A DNA stretch of 63,191 bases from positions 1-63,191 of the forward strand of contig JYFJ02002141.1 of NCBI GenBank assembly GCA_000934665.2, in the 5' to 3' direction. Made by a program: the position numbers and the translations under genes. Under the pieces are notes generated by a model. It worked only from the letters and a program-made list of their open reading frames with translations. It did no database searches and was not told the origin of the DNA. Shown piece by piece: positions 1-14,400 of the stretch (the first letter of the stretch is position 1; the number at the start of each line of letters is the position of its first letter). The DNA comes from Catajapyx aquilonaris (Eukaryota).

Positions 1-3000
1 CCCCCCGGTTTTCCTTTGGATATGAGTTGTTCTTTGCCTCTAAGGTTTCCGTTTCTTATCTGGAGCCATATAATCCCAAAGGCACATGCCGCCCACTTCT
101 TCCGACCTTCCTTTTTCCGTATATTTATGCCAGAAATTTAGCCACGGATATGGGACATTAGCCCTATCTAGCTCGGGGGGGGGCATCCAAAAGTACACTA
201 TACTTGCCGCTGTAAATTCCACTCGAATACGGCGCGTTTACTGCAATCTAAACACTCTTGTCGATACGCCTCTGACGCAAGTTGAACTGAACAGCCGTTA
301 CATTGCGAATTATTCTGAAACCGTTACATGTGCAAATGAGCAATATCTTCCTGATATAGTTGCGAAAACCGTAGCTTTTTTAAAGTTCTGAACAAACTTT
401 TCCAAAGGTAATAATTAGAAAGCAAAGAAAATTCCGGAGGGGTCATAACTCACGTTTGATTAGTCTGGAAGCATTCGGATTGAATCAGGAGCAACCCCAT
501 TAAATCCGGGTTTGAGTGCTGGTGCCGTGAGGTTTATTCGTTCAGAACCGGGCATAACTTCCTTTTCAGCGTTGCTGTATACATATTTGATGGTCATCGA
601 GGCGGCCACACACAAAAAAATTCTATAGTGGAATGAGTTAAGCCCAGCAGCGGTTATGCACGCGAGCTAGTGTGACGCGTGACAAGGGTGTGATGGACGA
701 CATGTGATCTGACACAGGATTTATGGGGCGGCGCGGATCAAAATCCTTTTGGCGTCATCGGAAACGTCATCTGCTGGTCCAGAATCCAGCGAAAAATTTT
801 CAGTCATGTCCAGACTGCTGGACAAGCCCCCGAGGCAAGGAGAGCAGTTCATAAGCCAATTGAATGCTGTGGGTTTATGGCAAATTAGAACCAACCCAGC
901 ACCCTCCACCCCTCCCCTATCCCAACACTCATTATGCCCCAAGGCTGCAATTTTCCGCAAGTGAACTGATTTCCAAGGATAATTTGCTCGTATTCCAATC
1001 ACGGCTAATTGCACATCCTACTCAGCTGCATGAATGAGTTTTTCAAATCTTCGGACTGTATGCCTCGCAGGTCACGTCAGCAGCAGGTACAGTTATGGGG
1101 TATAGGCCAAATTGGGGCTAAACAGACCTGCTTTTCCACAAACTCCGCAGAAATGCTATTCAATTTGCAAGTCACGCAGCATTGCAAATTAACCCTGATT
1201 ATGTGCAGAATTTTGGGGTTTAATTTCATCAGTAAAGAGGTCCATTTGCTAAATTGCGCGGCATGAACTGCAATTCTCTCGCCCAACAATGCTCTTCTAG
1301 CAAGCGATTGTCACAGCCGCCGCCAATATAATTTCAACACTAAACTTGACAAATTAAGGGCCAGTTGTATCAACTCGATTAGAAAATCATATTTACAAGT
1401 TCGGCATTACAGCAGGGCGGCAAACACGGCGCATTAAACACCAATCCATGTCCGGATGATTAGGCCTAACAATGACACCATAGTTAAAACGGGTTTCAAA
1501 TTTCCCCTAATTAATCCTGGATCCGGCCTCACCACCCAATAAAAAAAGAGGTCGCCCTCTGCTGCCCGTATTTGTATCCCGAGAGAGGATCGGTGTGTTC
1601 ATCGCAGCCAAAAACTCTGTGTCCCTAGTTGATAGCCGAACCTGGTGAAGCAATAATCAAGTGTTTATCTTGTGCCCTGGGATTGGCATCAATTGTGGCA
1701 CGTGACAGCCTCATGACGTCAATCCAATGTTGACACACCCGGAGCCCAACTAGGTTTCATTAGGAGGCAAAGGACAGCAGATGTAAACGCACCCTTTAGC
1801 AGCAGGAAGAGACAAAAAATATATATATATAAACTGCCCGCATCGCTTTTTTTATGGTCAGCATGATGCAGCTTTGCTTGATGGTACCTCCTGCTGAGAA
1901 AATCATCGTTGTCGTCGGTCCTTATTGCTTCTGACGAACGGAAGAAGTTGGGCCTAATTGGATACTGAGGGTGGAGCACAAACGAGCTTGTTGGGTCTCT
2001 TTGTTGTGGTTCCCAGCCGATGCTTGCAAGAAGCATGAGACCTTCATGAGGCCGACGCTGACGTCGACCGATGTCTTTTTGCGACGAAACCAATTTTCCA
2101 ATCTCAAAGACGCAGTACCCTCCATAGTTCCGGTACTAATAGTTCTGTCTTCAAGAGCTCGTCAGTGATAACAAAATAATAGTCTACTGCTCTTCCGATT
2201 GACGACCGATTTTTGTGTGTGGGATATAACTGGCAATTCAGCACCTATTCAACGACAGAACTGTACTACCCACATAATATATCCTAAATATTGCAACCAT
2301 ACGCGGTATAGGATTTCCAAAAAAGATTTCTTATGGATGACACTGTACCCACCATTCGGATCTGATTGGTGGAGCAGATGCCCCCCTGCCCTCTGGTCCA
2401 CCTATCAGATCACTTATAGGATGCCTAGAGGAGCAGAGGTCGCCGCCTACTTTTTAATAAGTTAAGTTGTGTGTACTGTAATTGAAGAGGCGCGCAGTAC
2501 TTTAACAACAGAGTTCTGGCAACATCGTGCAGTAAACCCCTTGATATCGAGAAACGCTGTAACACTCCAGACATGAGCTATACTCGCTGTAATCGGCTCA
2601 CTCTCTTTTTTTCGAGCCAGAAGTGCTATGATTATACCCTGTTGTGTGTCACTGCGCATCTCGCAAAAATCCCCCCGCCATCTTTTCGTAGCACCCGATC
2701 GCAAGCCGGTTCCAAAGCTGCTTTCCACCCCCCCCCCNCTCTTCGAGACTGGCGAAAAGGAGAGCAATTCGAAAGGGCTTTCGGAAGCCTGGATCTAAAC
2801 CTTAAAACCCACGCCCATCGCCAATCCTTCAGCTCTACCCTCCCCAACCCTTCTACCCCCCACCAACACCCTGGGTATATCTACGGAAGGCGAGCGTATC
2901 CGAAACCACTTTGCAATCTCTGCTCTGGATCTGCAATAAATTCAGGCAGCACACCCTATACTTGGCCGCGTTTTCCACAAGGCATAAAATCAAGACCTGC

Positions 3001-5698
3001 TGGGTACTTTCAAGAGTGCACTTTAGGTAGTGTACCGAGACCTTTCAAGAAGACATGGTCCACATACACGGCAATAAAACACAGGGAAGGGTAGCAGAAA
3101 ATGGGGGCTTTCAAGGTAAGGTTTGGCTCTGACGCCAAAGTGCCCGTCTTAACCTATTTAAGCGCATGAAAATTGCATTAACAGGCGGAGGTTAAAAAAG
3201 GGGGGGGACCTTTGACTAGGTCACAACTTTCTCTTTTTTTCACCCCCAATAGGCCAATCAATTATTCAGGGAGGCTGGGGACGTATTAATGAACCTTTGA
3301 TGCCCAAAAAATAACCTGGTTTGCGACAGGAGCCTGATTGGCAAAAGTTTCACAGAGTGCTAACGAGATGAAATTTATAAAAGTATTCTGGCAATATCCT
3401 CCAAATTTTTTCCCTCGACAAAATCCGTTTGAAGTCGGAAGCTTCATGGACGAAAATTCCATTTCCAACAATATTAATCAGTGAAACTTTTCCTCGGGCC
3501 ATTATGCAATCTACTTGACGTACGGTCCATATGAGACGTCTGAAGGCGAAAATTGTTCAATGCCTGTTACCGCAAAACAGACTTTCCTTTGGCTGTAAAA
3601 AAATAAATGATTATGTTCACGAAACCCATTGGTGCAGTGTGAAATGAAGGTATAGGAAACGGGGTGTTGTAATGATTCGTTCTAGTTGGAAACTTTATCC
3701 TGACAGTTCAAGGCAAACCTTTCGTCTCCTCTGGTATACAGGAAGCCGAACTGCCAGGATAAACTTGCGGGCCAGCGGGCGGTGATATGAAGCACCAACT
3801 TGGCCGATTCACCCGAGGAATTCAATAACCGATGAAGTTCAACTACAGCAGTTCCTCTCTCGTGCAGTATCGGTCAACCAAGTGTGAAGTTGCCCCGAAA
3901 CCATCCAGTGCATCAGGGGCACTGAGGAAAAGCAAAAGTTGGCAAAATCCGGCTCAGAAAATATTAAAGTATCTCGGAATTAACGTTCCTCATTTCTGTA
4001 AACAAATAATCCACTCGGGTCTTTTATGTAGCTGGATATAAATAATTCATATACTGCTCTTATCTCCCTAGAGCAATTCGTCCCCTTGGATTAAATCCAG
4101 TCCCACTCCAGAAGCACGACAGATAAGCAAAAGCAGGCCTCCACCCCACATCCTATCCTTTCAAGTGGATATATCTGCAAGTTCAAATATTGCTCCCTTT
4201 TTATCCACGAGACCCTGGTTCAGATGCAAGCAATTTGGCCGAGTGCAGTTGGGTCACAGCAAACTTTTGCAGAATGACCTTCGAAGTTGAGTGTCGCCAT
4301 ATTTTTTTTTTTTCCTGGTCAGGATGGGGGTGGGGGGGGGGNNNGGGGAAGTTGACAGCTTTTGAAAGCAGTTGATCCCCCCTGTTCCATCCCTTATTTC
4401 AAGTCAAAGTATTGGAGAAAAGCCTTGTTAATCCGGCCACAATTACGCCATGAGCAAGAAAAATAGCGCTTTTGGCTAATTTACAGCCCTTTTTCTGCCA
4501 TTCCTACATTGCATCATCATTTACCTTCTCTACACGTCGTGGTTCTATCCTGTAAATTACTGGTCACAGTGTCAAAAATTTTGCCATAACGTTAAAAAAA
4601 AAGTTGAACAAGACCAAATTCAACAATTCGGACAAGATTGACTATTCGCCCAAATTAAATTTCGGACCCATTGCGACGACCCCAATTATTATTCCCCCCC
4701 AAAAAAATCCATCGTGTGGGTCAGACGTCACGCACGCTGACACGTCTCGCGTAACGCAATTATCCTAACTTTGAAGCTGTTACTGCATTATCTCGGCAGG
4801 TTCACAGCAAAACAGCTGCGGCGCGGGCCTCATTCCAACCGTGCAATCAGAATTTGAAATGTCGCCCGCAAAACGAGAGGTTATGGAGTAACTCCCTTCA
4901 AAAATGAGAGATATGAACCTGTTCATAAGTTGTCGTTTTTTTTGGCGGAGTGTATATGGTGCCAGTAAGTGCAGCCAAGCGTAATAATTCGGAGCTGGCG
5001 CGGTCTTTTGCCGTAAATTTTAATTACGTCGTGCACCAGCGGACTCGAATGTCGTCGACTGGGTACAGGGGTTCGCTGTACGGCACACAGCAGACAACAA
5101 AAGGCGACGGTGGATATTTAGTGTAGATTGCGTCGTTAAACGCGCCATGTGACAAGCCACACCCACTTGGACGTCACGCATGAAAGGGACCCACAAATTT
5201 AATAAGTCATACCGCCCGGTCCCATAAATTATCAGGCGCAATCAATGAGCTGTTTGGGTAAATACAATTTTCATTTGAATAAGGCTGATGGTTTTATGCA
5301 TGGACAGCCGCATTACACGTCTCCATAAAAAGTGTCAATAAGCATGGTCTGTTTGGAGAGATATATTGTGGGGAGCAAATAAATGGAATGGAGCGGAATG
5401 GTCCGGGCACGTTCGGACCTGTTCACACGGTCGACTGACGGAAAAAAACACTGGATAAAGGCAGTTAATAAACCGTTTAGATTGATTAAATGCCATCCGC
5501 AATTAGATCCGCCCAATAGATCACAGCTTGATCTGGCGGATTTGTGGAGAAAATGACCTATCACAATACGACATGTTAATCCGTGTTCCAATCCTGGTGG
5601 TCCAGCCCGCGTCCGTATCAATGATGAATCCATCCATCCATATCAGAGACAAAATAATGTGCAGGAACATAAGTTTTTGGGCCGTACCCTGTCCCTCG

Positions 5699-5790
5699 TG
5701 ACGTCAGATCGATGTATCCGGCTTAAGGGATAATCCAACCCGGCCTCATATTGGCTGCCAATTAAGGTGGCCAATCGATATAAGCCTGGC
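5699..5790. promoter_or_regulatory. Promoter/enhancer-like motif cluster (CRE, CCAAT boxes, TAAT core)
   Basis: TGACGTCA at 5699-5706, ATTGG at 5750, CCAAT at 5758 and 5771, AATTAA at 5760, TATAAG at 5779. Motif match only. Confidence 0.25.
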
Positions 5791-8700
5791 CTCGTGATGG
5801 CGTCGGAGCACAACGTTCACCCCCCACTACTACTTCGCTCGCAAACACGAATTAATTAATTTTTCAATCAGCAGGTATATGCCCAGGTTCAGTATCGTAC
5901 CTGCTGAATATATACCGAAAAAAATTACCATACAGATCGAATCAATACGGCATCAAAACTCAGCTTTTTAGAAAAGCATCATCACACATATCAAAGCATG
6001 AAATTATTACGTGTTAATAAGCAATTATTAAATTATTTCCAGTGCAGTCATTGTTGAGACAAACTTCTTACACAGATTTCTCTAGTTGTTGAAATCATTG
6101 TTTCCCAATTGTTTTTCTCCCCCTCTCACGACATTGCTACAAAGCACTCGCAAAGTGTGCCAAAGACATTTCTTGCATTTTATTCCTCGTAGAGAGTATC
6201 CTTTGCCATTATGTCGTTTTGCATTGATTTTAAATTTTAGTGGAGTATATACGACGCCGGTTGCATGTCCTAAGGAAACAATGTAAAAATCATGAGAATC
6301 ATCCTTATAGGGCACGAAACCCTGAGTGAATATTTCACTAATATTTAAGATGGATGCATATCGTGCCATTGTCAGTCCAGAACAACAAAAAAACAACTTT
6401 TTGCATATAACGACATGTTTTGTGGCGATGCCCGACACGCAAAATTGCTTAATATAGATTTCCAGAACTGGAGGAATCTAAGGGAAATGTTTTGCATGAA
6501 CGGCCACTAAAAATTATTGCGCACCTAGACAAAACCATTAAAAATAATTTGATGCACATCCGGGCATACCATTATTATGCCTAATTTGCAGGCTAACGTG
6601 GCCTGTCGTGTTTCCCAAAATTCTTTCCCCCCAACACCCCTTTAAGACCTCCCCTTTAAGCAACGGCAACTACACCAAAGGCGCGCACTTACTGCATGCA
6701 AAGGTGCCTTACCGACCAGCTCCGAGCCGCATTCTAATTAGGCTTCCGAGTCGATTTCTATTGTACATGTTGCATAAGTAGAGTTGAAGCTCGGGCCAGC
6801 AGAGCGCCTTAAATGCGCCTTGAGCACCCGAATTCGGCAGCCCAAACACACTCAAGCTCCGAGAGGGAGAGACCCCCTAATTTGCGCAGTATTCAAATCA
6901 CAAGAGTAGTACCTCGAATTATACACCCGGCAATAATTGCATGAAGCAGGCGGCAAATAAACTGAAACGCAAGCAACATCACTGTAACTGAATTTGCAGG
7001 CTCAACAATGACTAACAATTCCACATATCCATATTCAATCCGTGCAGACGGAAAACGCATGGAAATTTTTCCTCATTATTCTTGTGAAATTAACTACAAA
7101 TGCGTTTATGTCTGAAATTCTTGCCGTGGTTGTACCCGTTTGCAGTGTTTAAGATTTATCTTCAGTTATAGGTACCTGGCGGACTTTTGCAATATACTCT
7201 CAATAGCTTACAATTAAGATAAAAATCCAATCTCAGTCCTCCAAAAAAAAAAGAAATTGACCTCCATTTCCATGACATCACCGTGAGCCGACATCTGCTG
7301 AGTAAATTACAAGCGAAGGAAAATGCCAAATTCAAAGCATTTCATCAGTTTCTTGACGATGAAAAAGGTCCGTTCCCTTTTCAAGAATCGTGCATTCAGT
7401 CTCTATGCGTCACAACCAACATTGGAGCCAACTTGTCTTTCTTTCTTCAACAGATAAGGTTCCCCTCCCCTCTCGTCTGTCTGTTGAGACCGTATCTTTC
7501 CTCGCCAAGAGTTAAATGGAGAAGTAATTTCAGCTGACAGAATGATCAGGGTGTCATTTTGAGACGAATCTTCACGCTAACATTCTCTGGCACATCGGCT
7601 CAGCAGGAAAAAGGGTATGAGGGTGCCAAATTGGATTCAAGTCATTTAATCTTCGTTGCTAGAAGCGCGCAATGGTCAACACAAAATCCACAGAAATTTT
7701 GGTGCAAAAAATATGCCATTTTCGAACATTGCAACTATTAATTGCGGAACATTGTTTTATAACAGTTTGCAGAGCACAGTCCTTCTGTTCCAGCCCAATC
7801 ATTCATGCGCACACTCCAGTCCTCGTGCATCCCCAACCAGTAAAAAAAAGGACAAGTCACGCCAAAATTCCGTCCGAATTGATTTCAGCACAAGTGTCCC
7901 CCCTCTCCATTTTGGACACGGCCAGTCTGGGGGCGCATGCAAGGGGGCGATAACGGCGGAGAAGCGATTCCTCGGATATTCCTCGGTCTCTCCCCCCTGC
8001 AACACGAGAGACGTCAGATAGAGGAAAACCTTGGCTCTAAGAGAGAAACGCGTTCCTCTGGCTTAGCACCTCCCCTCCACACAAAAGGCAAAGTAGGTCG
8101 GGCCCGGATCAGACTCCGGACAAAGGCCAATTGCATTCGGATAATTCCACCGACCCTCTCTATTCTCCTTCAATTATTACCCTCGATTCGGGCCATCTTC
8201 TTCATAAGGACGATCACCCCCCTTGGCTTGTTGTCTCTTCTGCGATGCCTTTTGTCCACTGGCCAGATTAATGGTGTCGCAGGCTGTTGCCTCCCTGACT
8301 CCATATCCTTAGGATTGGTAACGAATGACGTCAAAGCAGAGCTCGGGTTACGGACCGCACTTTTCAGCCTTAATTACGGGTCCGGGCCCCTCGTTTTTGT
8401 GGGCTAGGTCATGAATCAAAGGCTTTAGTCTGACGAAAATTGTGCCAGGCGCTGGTTGGTGGCGAGGTGACATATGCATCGTCTCGGAAACGCGATGTAC
8501 TATCACGAACAGAAAGTTCCGGACAGTGGACCGCCCGATAATTGCTTTAGCATGGCAATGAAAATTCATGACGCCAACTTGCATAAGCCCCGCCACCACG
8601 AATGCGATGTCGCATATTTCATCGCAGGAGAGATTGCTTTATCCTCGAAAAATTAGGCTACAGGCTTAACAGGCTTGATTAGGTCTGAGAGAGAAAAAAT

Positions 8701-9484
8701 AATCAATCGGATAAACCTGACCAAACAAAAGTGGGCGACATTTTTTTCTCCCCAAATGTCAGGGGCAACCAGGCAAGGGCAGGTAAATACTGACCCCCAG
8801 CACCTGATCCCTTAGCTCAAATTTTTTGGCGGTTTAGATCCGGTTAGCGTTAATGATTAATGGGCTTCTGAAAAGTTCGCGCTAAATTTTTTATTACCTG
8901 CTTGCAGCTGTATAGCTTCCTGCCATCCCTTACACTTCTGGAGAGGTTTAGGTCAGGTTAGCTTTAAAAATGTAACAGCTTCAGAAACCTTTTGGATACT
9001 ATTTTTATAACTTTGGTATTCAACTTCCTACCTGATGCATCTTCACTCAGGTGAAGGCTAAAATGATTTAAATCCCAGTGGTCATCACCTTAAATCAATT
9101 TAATTCCACGAGATTATTTAATCATTGTCGTACTATTCTCTGAAAGGAGGAAACGTTCTTAGGAAGGTATATAGGTGAAGAATTGACGGATTGTTCACCC
9201 CAGCAAGGAATATGAAGGAAGTTTCTCCCGCCAAATTGCGACTTATGACATAATCCGCCCTAAATACCACTTAAATCGTCCCTAACTAGGAAACAAGTTG
9301 GCAGGTTTACTTCCTCGACGGGATATCCGGCAAGCGACCTTGTCAAAAAGTCTCTTTAAATCCATTAAATCCTTCTGGTCGCCAGCTGAAATCCGGTCGC
9401 AATACTCCAAAATACTGCTAACATCCTGCGGCATTAAATCCTTCAAATCCGGTGCAGACAAAAACTCCCAACTAGTATTTTTTT

Positions 9485-9500
9485 CTCTCTCTCTCTCTCT
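9485..9500 (+). repeat. (CT)8 microsatellite
   Basis: Read directly from the sequence. Confidence 0.9.
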
Positions 9501-11446
9501 CCTTGTCGACCACGACACTGGAAAAGGCAATAGTTTCACGCAACGCCAGCATAACACGCTTGCCCAACCTTCCGTAAACACTCAACTAATAAACTTACGA
9601 TCCTGGCCCCATTCCCAACTCCAATATCCGGGGAACCTTCCCTTTTTAAAACCCGTAAAATATATTACGCGAGCATTATACGGAGTCGAGATTATAGGAT
9701 GAGATTCTTACACACACACAAAAAAAGCTTTTTGAAAAGAGCTCCATCTTTCAAGACCCGCTGAGAATCTACCCTCCCTAAAGTCCCCTAGATTGTGTTC
9801 TCGGGCGCTTGGAATTTCCATCACGCGCCTAAGAGCAACCTCTCATCAACGCCCAGCATCTGAAACAATTGGTGGTGCCGGGCAGAATGTCAAGGGCAAA
9901 AGGCGAGGAAGGAAAAACACTCAGCCAGGATCTAATGGCCTTTTCAATCCACAACCCTATATTCTTTCAGCAGGATCCCCGCAATCGATCAGGACAACTC
10001 TACACCGCAAGTTTCTGTTGCCAATTAGATAGAAGGAAAGAAGAAGAAGAAGGAAAAAAATTTGAACCATCTTCCCAAAAAATTTCTTGGAGTTTGGCCC
10101 ATTTCGTGATAGGGACCTATGGGGCTTTCACGATTCGCGTCATATTTCCGATGTCTGCTGCACTGCCGCAAAATGGTGAAGCAATTTCTGGTCGGTTACC
10201 GGATTTTCTCAGTGAACAACCAATCGTAAAAATTACATTTCCGCATGTTTTTATACTCCTTCTTTTCTTGACGGAGCGTCACTTTTGATCCAGATATCCC
10301 CCCCAATAAACGCGGTGTCAATCAAAAGGGCGCGAAGCAGGTCTTTCACGGCCATGCCCCAGAATTTCAGTTTCCTTTCATCTCTCCATCCCGGAGGCAG
10401 ATATGACGTCAGGACCGTAAACAGAATGGAGTCCGGAGCCGGTAATACTCGGCAATGAAAATCCCTGCTGGGGAAACCTCCTTAGCGGCGTAATATTGGC
10501 CACTTGGGCCTCCCCGCTGACAAGTAAATGTCAAGCCTATTCCCTTCCTCGACCTTCAAAACCCCCTGCATATAAACCCCCCCTCTCACAAGGGGAAAAA
10601 AGGGGAGAGCGAAGAGTGCAATATCAAAGTTATCGACAAACATGGAAACTCGCCAACTTCCACCCGGGTTCCCTCGCAAAGGGAAGTCTCTTTGAAGCGA
10701 ACCAAATAAAATTTGCCTGGTAATAATCTGGGTCGTCGAGGCAGAAAGGTATGGAGAGCAGCTTCACTTGTACGCACCCAAAAATATGTCACAGGGAAGG
10801 GCTCCCAGGCTACACAATGCAGCAAGTAGCGTAATTGCGAGGAGATGACAAAAGAAATGCGGTCGGCTGACTATGCAAATTATAGTGCTGGCACTAGTCA
10901 ACAAACCATGCCGAAGCCGAAACTCCACCATGTTCAGAGACCTTATATATGTTGCTATGACGACCTGATCCATTTCCTCGGCAGTCGTAAGAAATATGAC
11001 AATGAGTCTCCGCCCAAGTTATTTGAATCAACTGATTGGTTCTTGCGACACAGTCTGATCCGAACGGAAATTATCATCCGAGCAGGGCTGATTACCCAGT
11101 TTGCAATCATGCAAACACCCGGTAGGCATCCAGTTACCGGCATCGCATTACAGGGGGAGTATAATTACGAGCACAAAGGGCACAAAATCCAATTAAGTCA
11201 CAAGGGCACTATATGTTGCGGACAGGTTTATACAGTGCCACACACTTGTTTCCTTCACTTCACATGGAGAGAAACAACCTGCTGCAATCAGGACTCACTT
11301 AATTAAAGCCGTCCGTGCAGCAGGGTTGGTTTCTGCAAATTCTATATTCCAAAACGTGGAGCCCTGCAACTCTCTCTGACACAAATCCGGCAGACTTGGG
11401 AAAAGGAAGTCCCATTTTCTGGAAACGAGATATGAAGGTAGCTCCT

Positions 11447-11464
11447 GAAGAAGAAGAAGAAGAA
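11447..11464 (+). repeat. (GAA)6 microsatellite
   Basis: Read directly from the sequence. It explains the poly-E and poly-S/L stretches in the overlapping spurious ORFs. Confidence 0.9.
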
Positions 11465-14400
11465 AAAAGAGGACAGTTCCGACACATTCCAATCTTGGGT
11501 CGATTCTCAGAGAGGAACAAGTGCAGGTAACATGCCTTCTGGCTTATCGCTTTGCCTGCCTTGCCTTCCTCTACTCCGTTCCGCTCGGTAATGTAGCGGC
11601 ACAAATACAGTCTCGCCGCAATCACCCTGGCGAGCTTCCTCCCAGCAGAAACAACCCAGCCCATTTGACTTTCCCCCTGCAGCTCAAACTAACCGACAAC
11701 TGGCCTTCCCCCGATCACCAAACAAAAGCATTCGCTTTGCTGGCTTTTGTTCCCAATCGCAGACCCCGGTAGGCACAGACTGGCCATGCCAAATGAACGG
11801 AGAGAAAGCTTTTGGGGGTGGGGGGGGGGNGGGGGGGGAGCCATTTGCCAACCTTTTTGAGTAATATTTGCCTGGCTGGTTGGACCCATCTCGAATTTGT
11901 CGGGTCAAGTACACCTGGCCGGCGTGGCGGTTACGGGAGTGGTTTTTACTGCGGGTGATGCAACGGGGTGTCAATGAAAGCTTTAGCAAGCACCATCCAC
12001 TGGACCAAAATCGGAGCCAACAAAGAATTCACGTAATCATTATTTAAATTTGCACTGAGCTATCGATACATCTTACATAATAAATATAGGCAAAGTTTGC
12101 ACATTTGTTTGTCCGGGCTGACAACACACTTCCACACCTCTGAGAACTTGATGCAAAACCTGTCCGTGATAGAGAGAAAAGTCCTAAAACGGAACTTTTT
12201 AAACCTATATGCCCAGAATTTAGGATTTTGGTACATGTGGGGGGAGAGGGAGTGTTTTTCTGGTAGTTCCGGTATACGCCACGGATGGCGGTAGCTGTCA
12301 GGGCCTAATCAGAGGGTATCGCTTCCGGCTATGCATCATAGATGGCGTTGTTGAAATTGCGCCGCATGTTCGAAAAGTACCAAAAATTTAATATAGGGAT
12401 GTGGAGGTTGTTTATTATAAACAGAATATATAGATCTACTAAAGTGAAACCCATCAGACCCAGAAGCGTGCCACAAAATGTTCCACGTCCAATACAGAAT
12501 ATTTACAGAGAAAATCAGATTTCAAATATTGCTACCGAACCAATCACAAAATGGCACCGTGGTCCAACCTCTAAGGTACACTAATCTCCTCTCTAGATGA
12601 TAATATACCAAAAACCACATGCTTGCAGCGCACACAATCCTTTTTTGATATTATGAAGGGTCCCCACAGCAGTGTTGACCCGCGGATGAAATTAGTGACT
12701 GGCGCCCCCATGGATTGAACATGGCCTCCCATCATATTACCATTATGACCCGCAGCCGTAAATCCCTCTGTGGGTATAATTCAGCCCCATGGAACGATAG
12801 ATAGATGGCCAGATACGTGCAGGTCCATCACCAGAGTACGGGACTAGCCAATGTGGTCGATGGGCACTGATGCCTTGCGGCCATGGGAACAAATCAGGCC
12901 TGTGTTTGCACCCAATCCCAATGTAATACGGCACTAATAGATATTGAGCAGGACCAGCCATTGCCCATTCTCTCAGCAACAATAGTTTCAGGGGGGGAAT
13001 GTCCAGTCTCGCCTTCATACACTCCATTTTTTCAAGCAAAAAGTTTTGCTTTTCACTGCAGCACTGCGCCATAGAAGTGGTAAATCCTGGAGCAAATAAT
13101 GCATGAAATGCACGACATTCACATTGGCAGGGAAATGGGGAGGGGGGTGGGAAAAAATAGTACTGCAACCGAAATGAAATCGGACACATTCATTATACTT
13201 ATGGTGTGCTTATTACACCCGCAGCCCCCCATGTTTATGATTTAATTTTGGCCTTATCATGAATTCTTGTGCCATTCGTTATGCTAATATGTGAAAAGGT
13301 AATTCGAGTTCGGCATATACGCTCTGATTGCAACGTGTTTTAATGCTGGCGCATACCTTGAAACGCAGGGTTTGATCCTAATATCCATGAGCGCTGACTT
13401 ATGCACTCGTTTATCACCGGATTAACCTGCTCTTCCCAAACACGACCATCTGCCTGGAGGGAGGCTTACAACATTATTTTTTAACATCTGTAGCCGACGT
13501 GAGCCCGGTTCTGAATCAGTTTAATTTGCATATCCCCATGTGTCTTGTACCGTGGTCACGCAGCATGGCTCCCGGTCGAACTCGAGGTAAAAAAGCGCCG
13601 GTCGTCTCTGTCGACAACTTAAATTTGAAACACCTTATGCGAGTCGCCACCAGGTCTGCTCGTATAATTCGACCCGACCATCGGTTATAAAATCTTAAGA
13701 TTTATGTCACCGCATGACAACCCGTCGGTTATGTAACGTGGTCTAAATGTGTCTGACAGCAACTCAGTCGTAAACACATACAAAAAAATTCCAAAAAATA
13801 TTTGGCATATCCACACAAAATATGCAAATTGCCACAATAATATCATTTTCCAGCCCACTAATCCGCGAGAGACCATTTCATAACACTCACTTGTCTGACA
13901 AATTCAACCTTTTTTTTTCTCCCCACAAACCCTATCTGCCCTTACTTTTTTTTTCTGGCCCAAACATTCCCTAGCCGGGTAACCGCTATTGAGACCTCCA
14001 TACAGTATACAGTAGATCGATCCAGGGGATCCCTATACCCGAGGAAATTGCTTACTTCAGCAAAGGCCCAATAATTGCAAGTGCGTCGCAGCCACCCCTT
14101 TTCACCGCCCTTCAGGACCAATTCCTGCTGCAACAAAGTAACATCAATCATTTTTCAGCCTGCAGATATCTCTCTCTCTCTCTCACCCTCCCCCCGAAAT
14201 CTGACAAATCCCACTTTAATTAGACAAATCTGAAGAGGCAGACACTTTCCAGTAATTAAAAGCCCCCGGAGCTGCTTAGTGTTATCATCTAATTATTTAA
14301 CTCTCAAAGTTGCACCGTATAAAGCATTAGAGTAAGCCTATTTACATACGGAGGCTTCAGCAGGGAGCTAATTTGCTGCAGTTTTTGTTAGAATGTGGAT

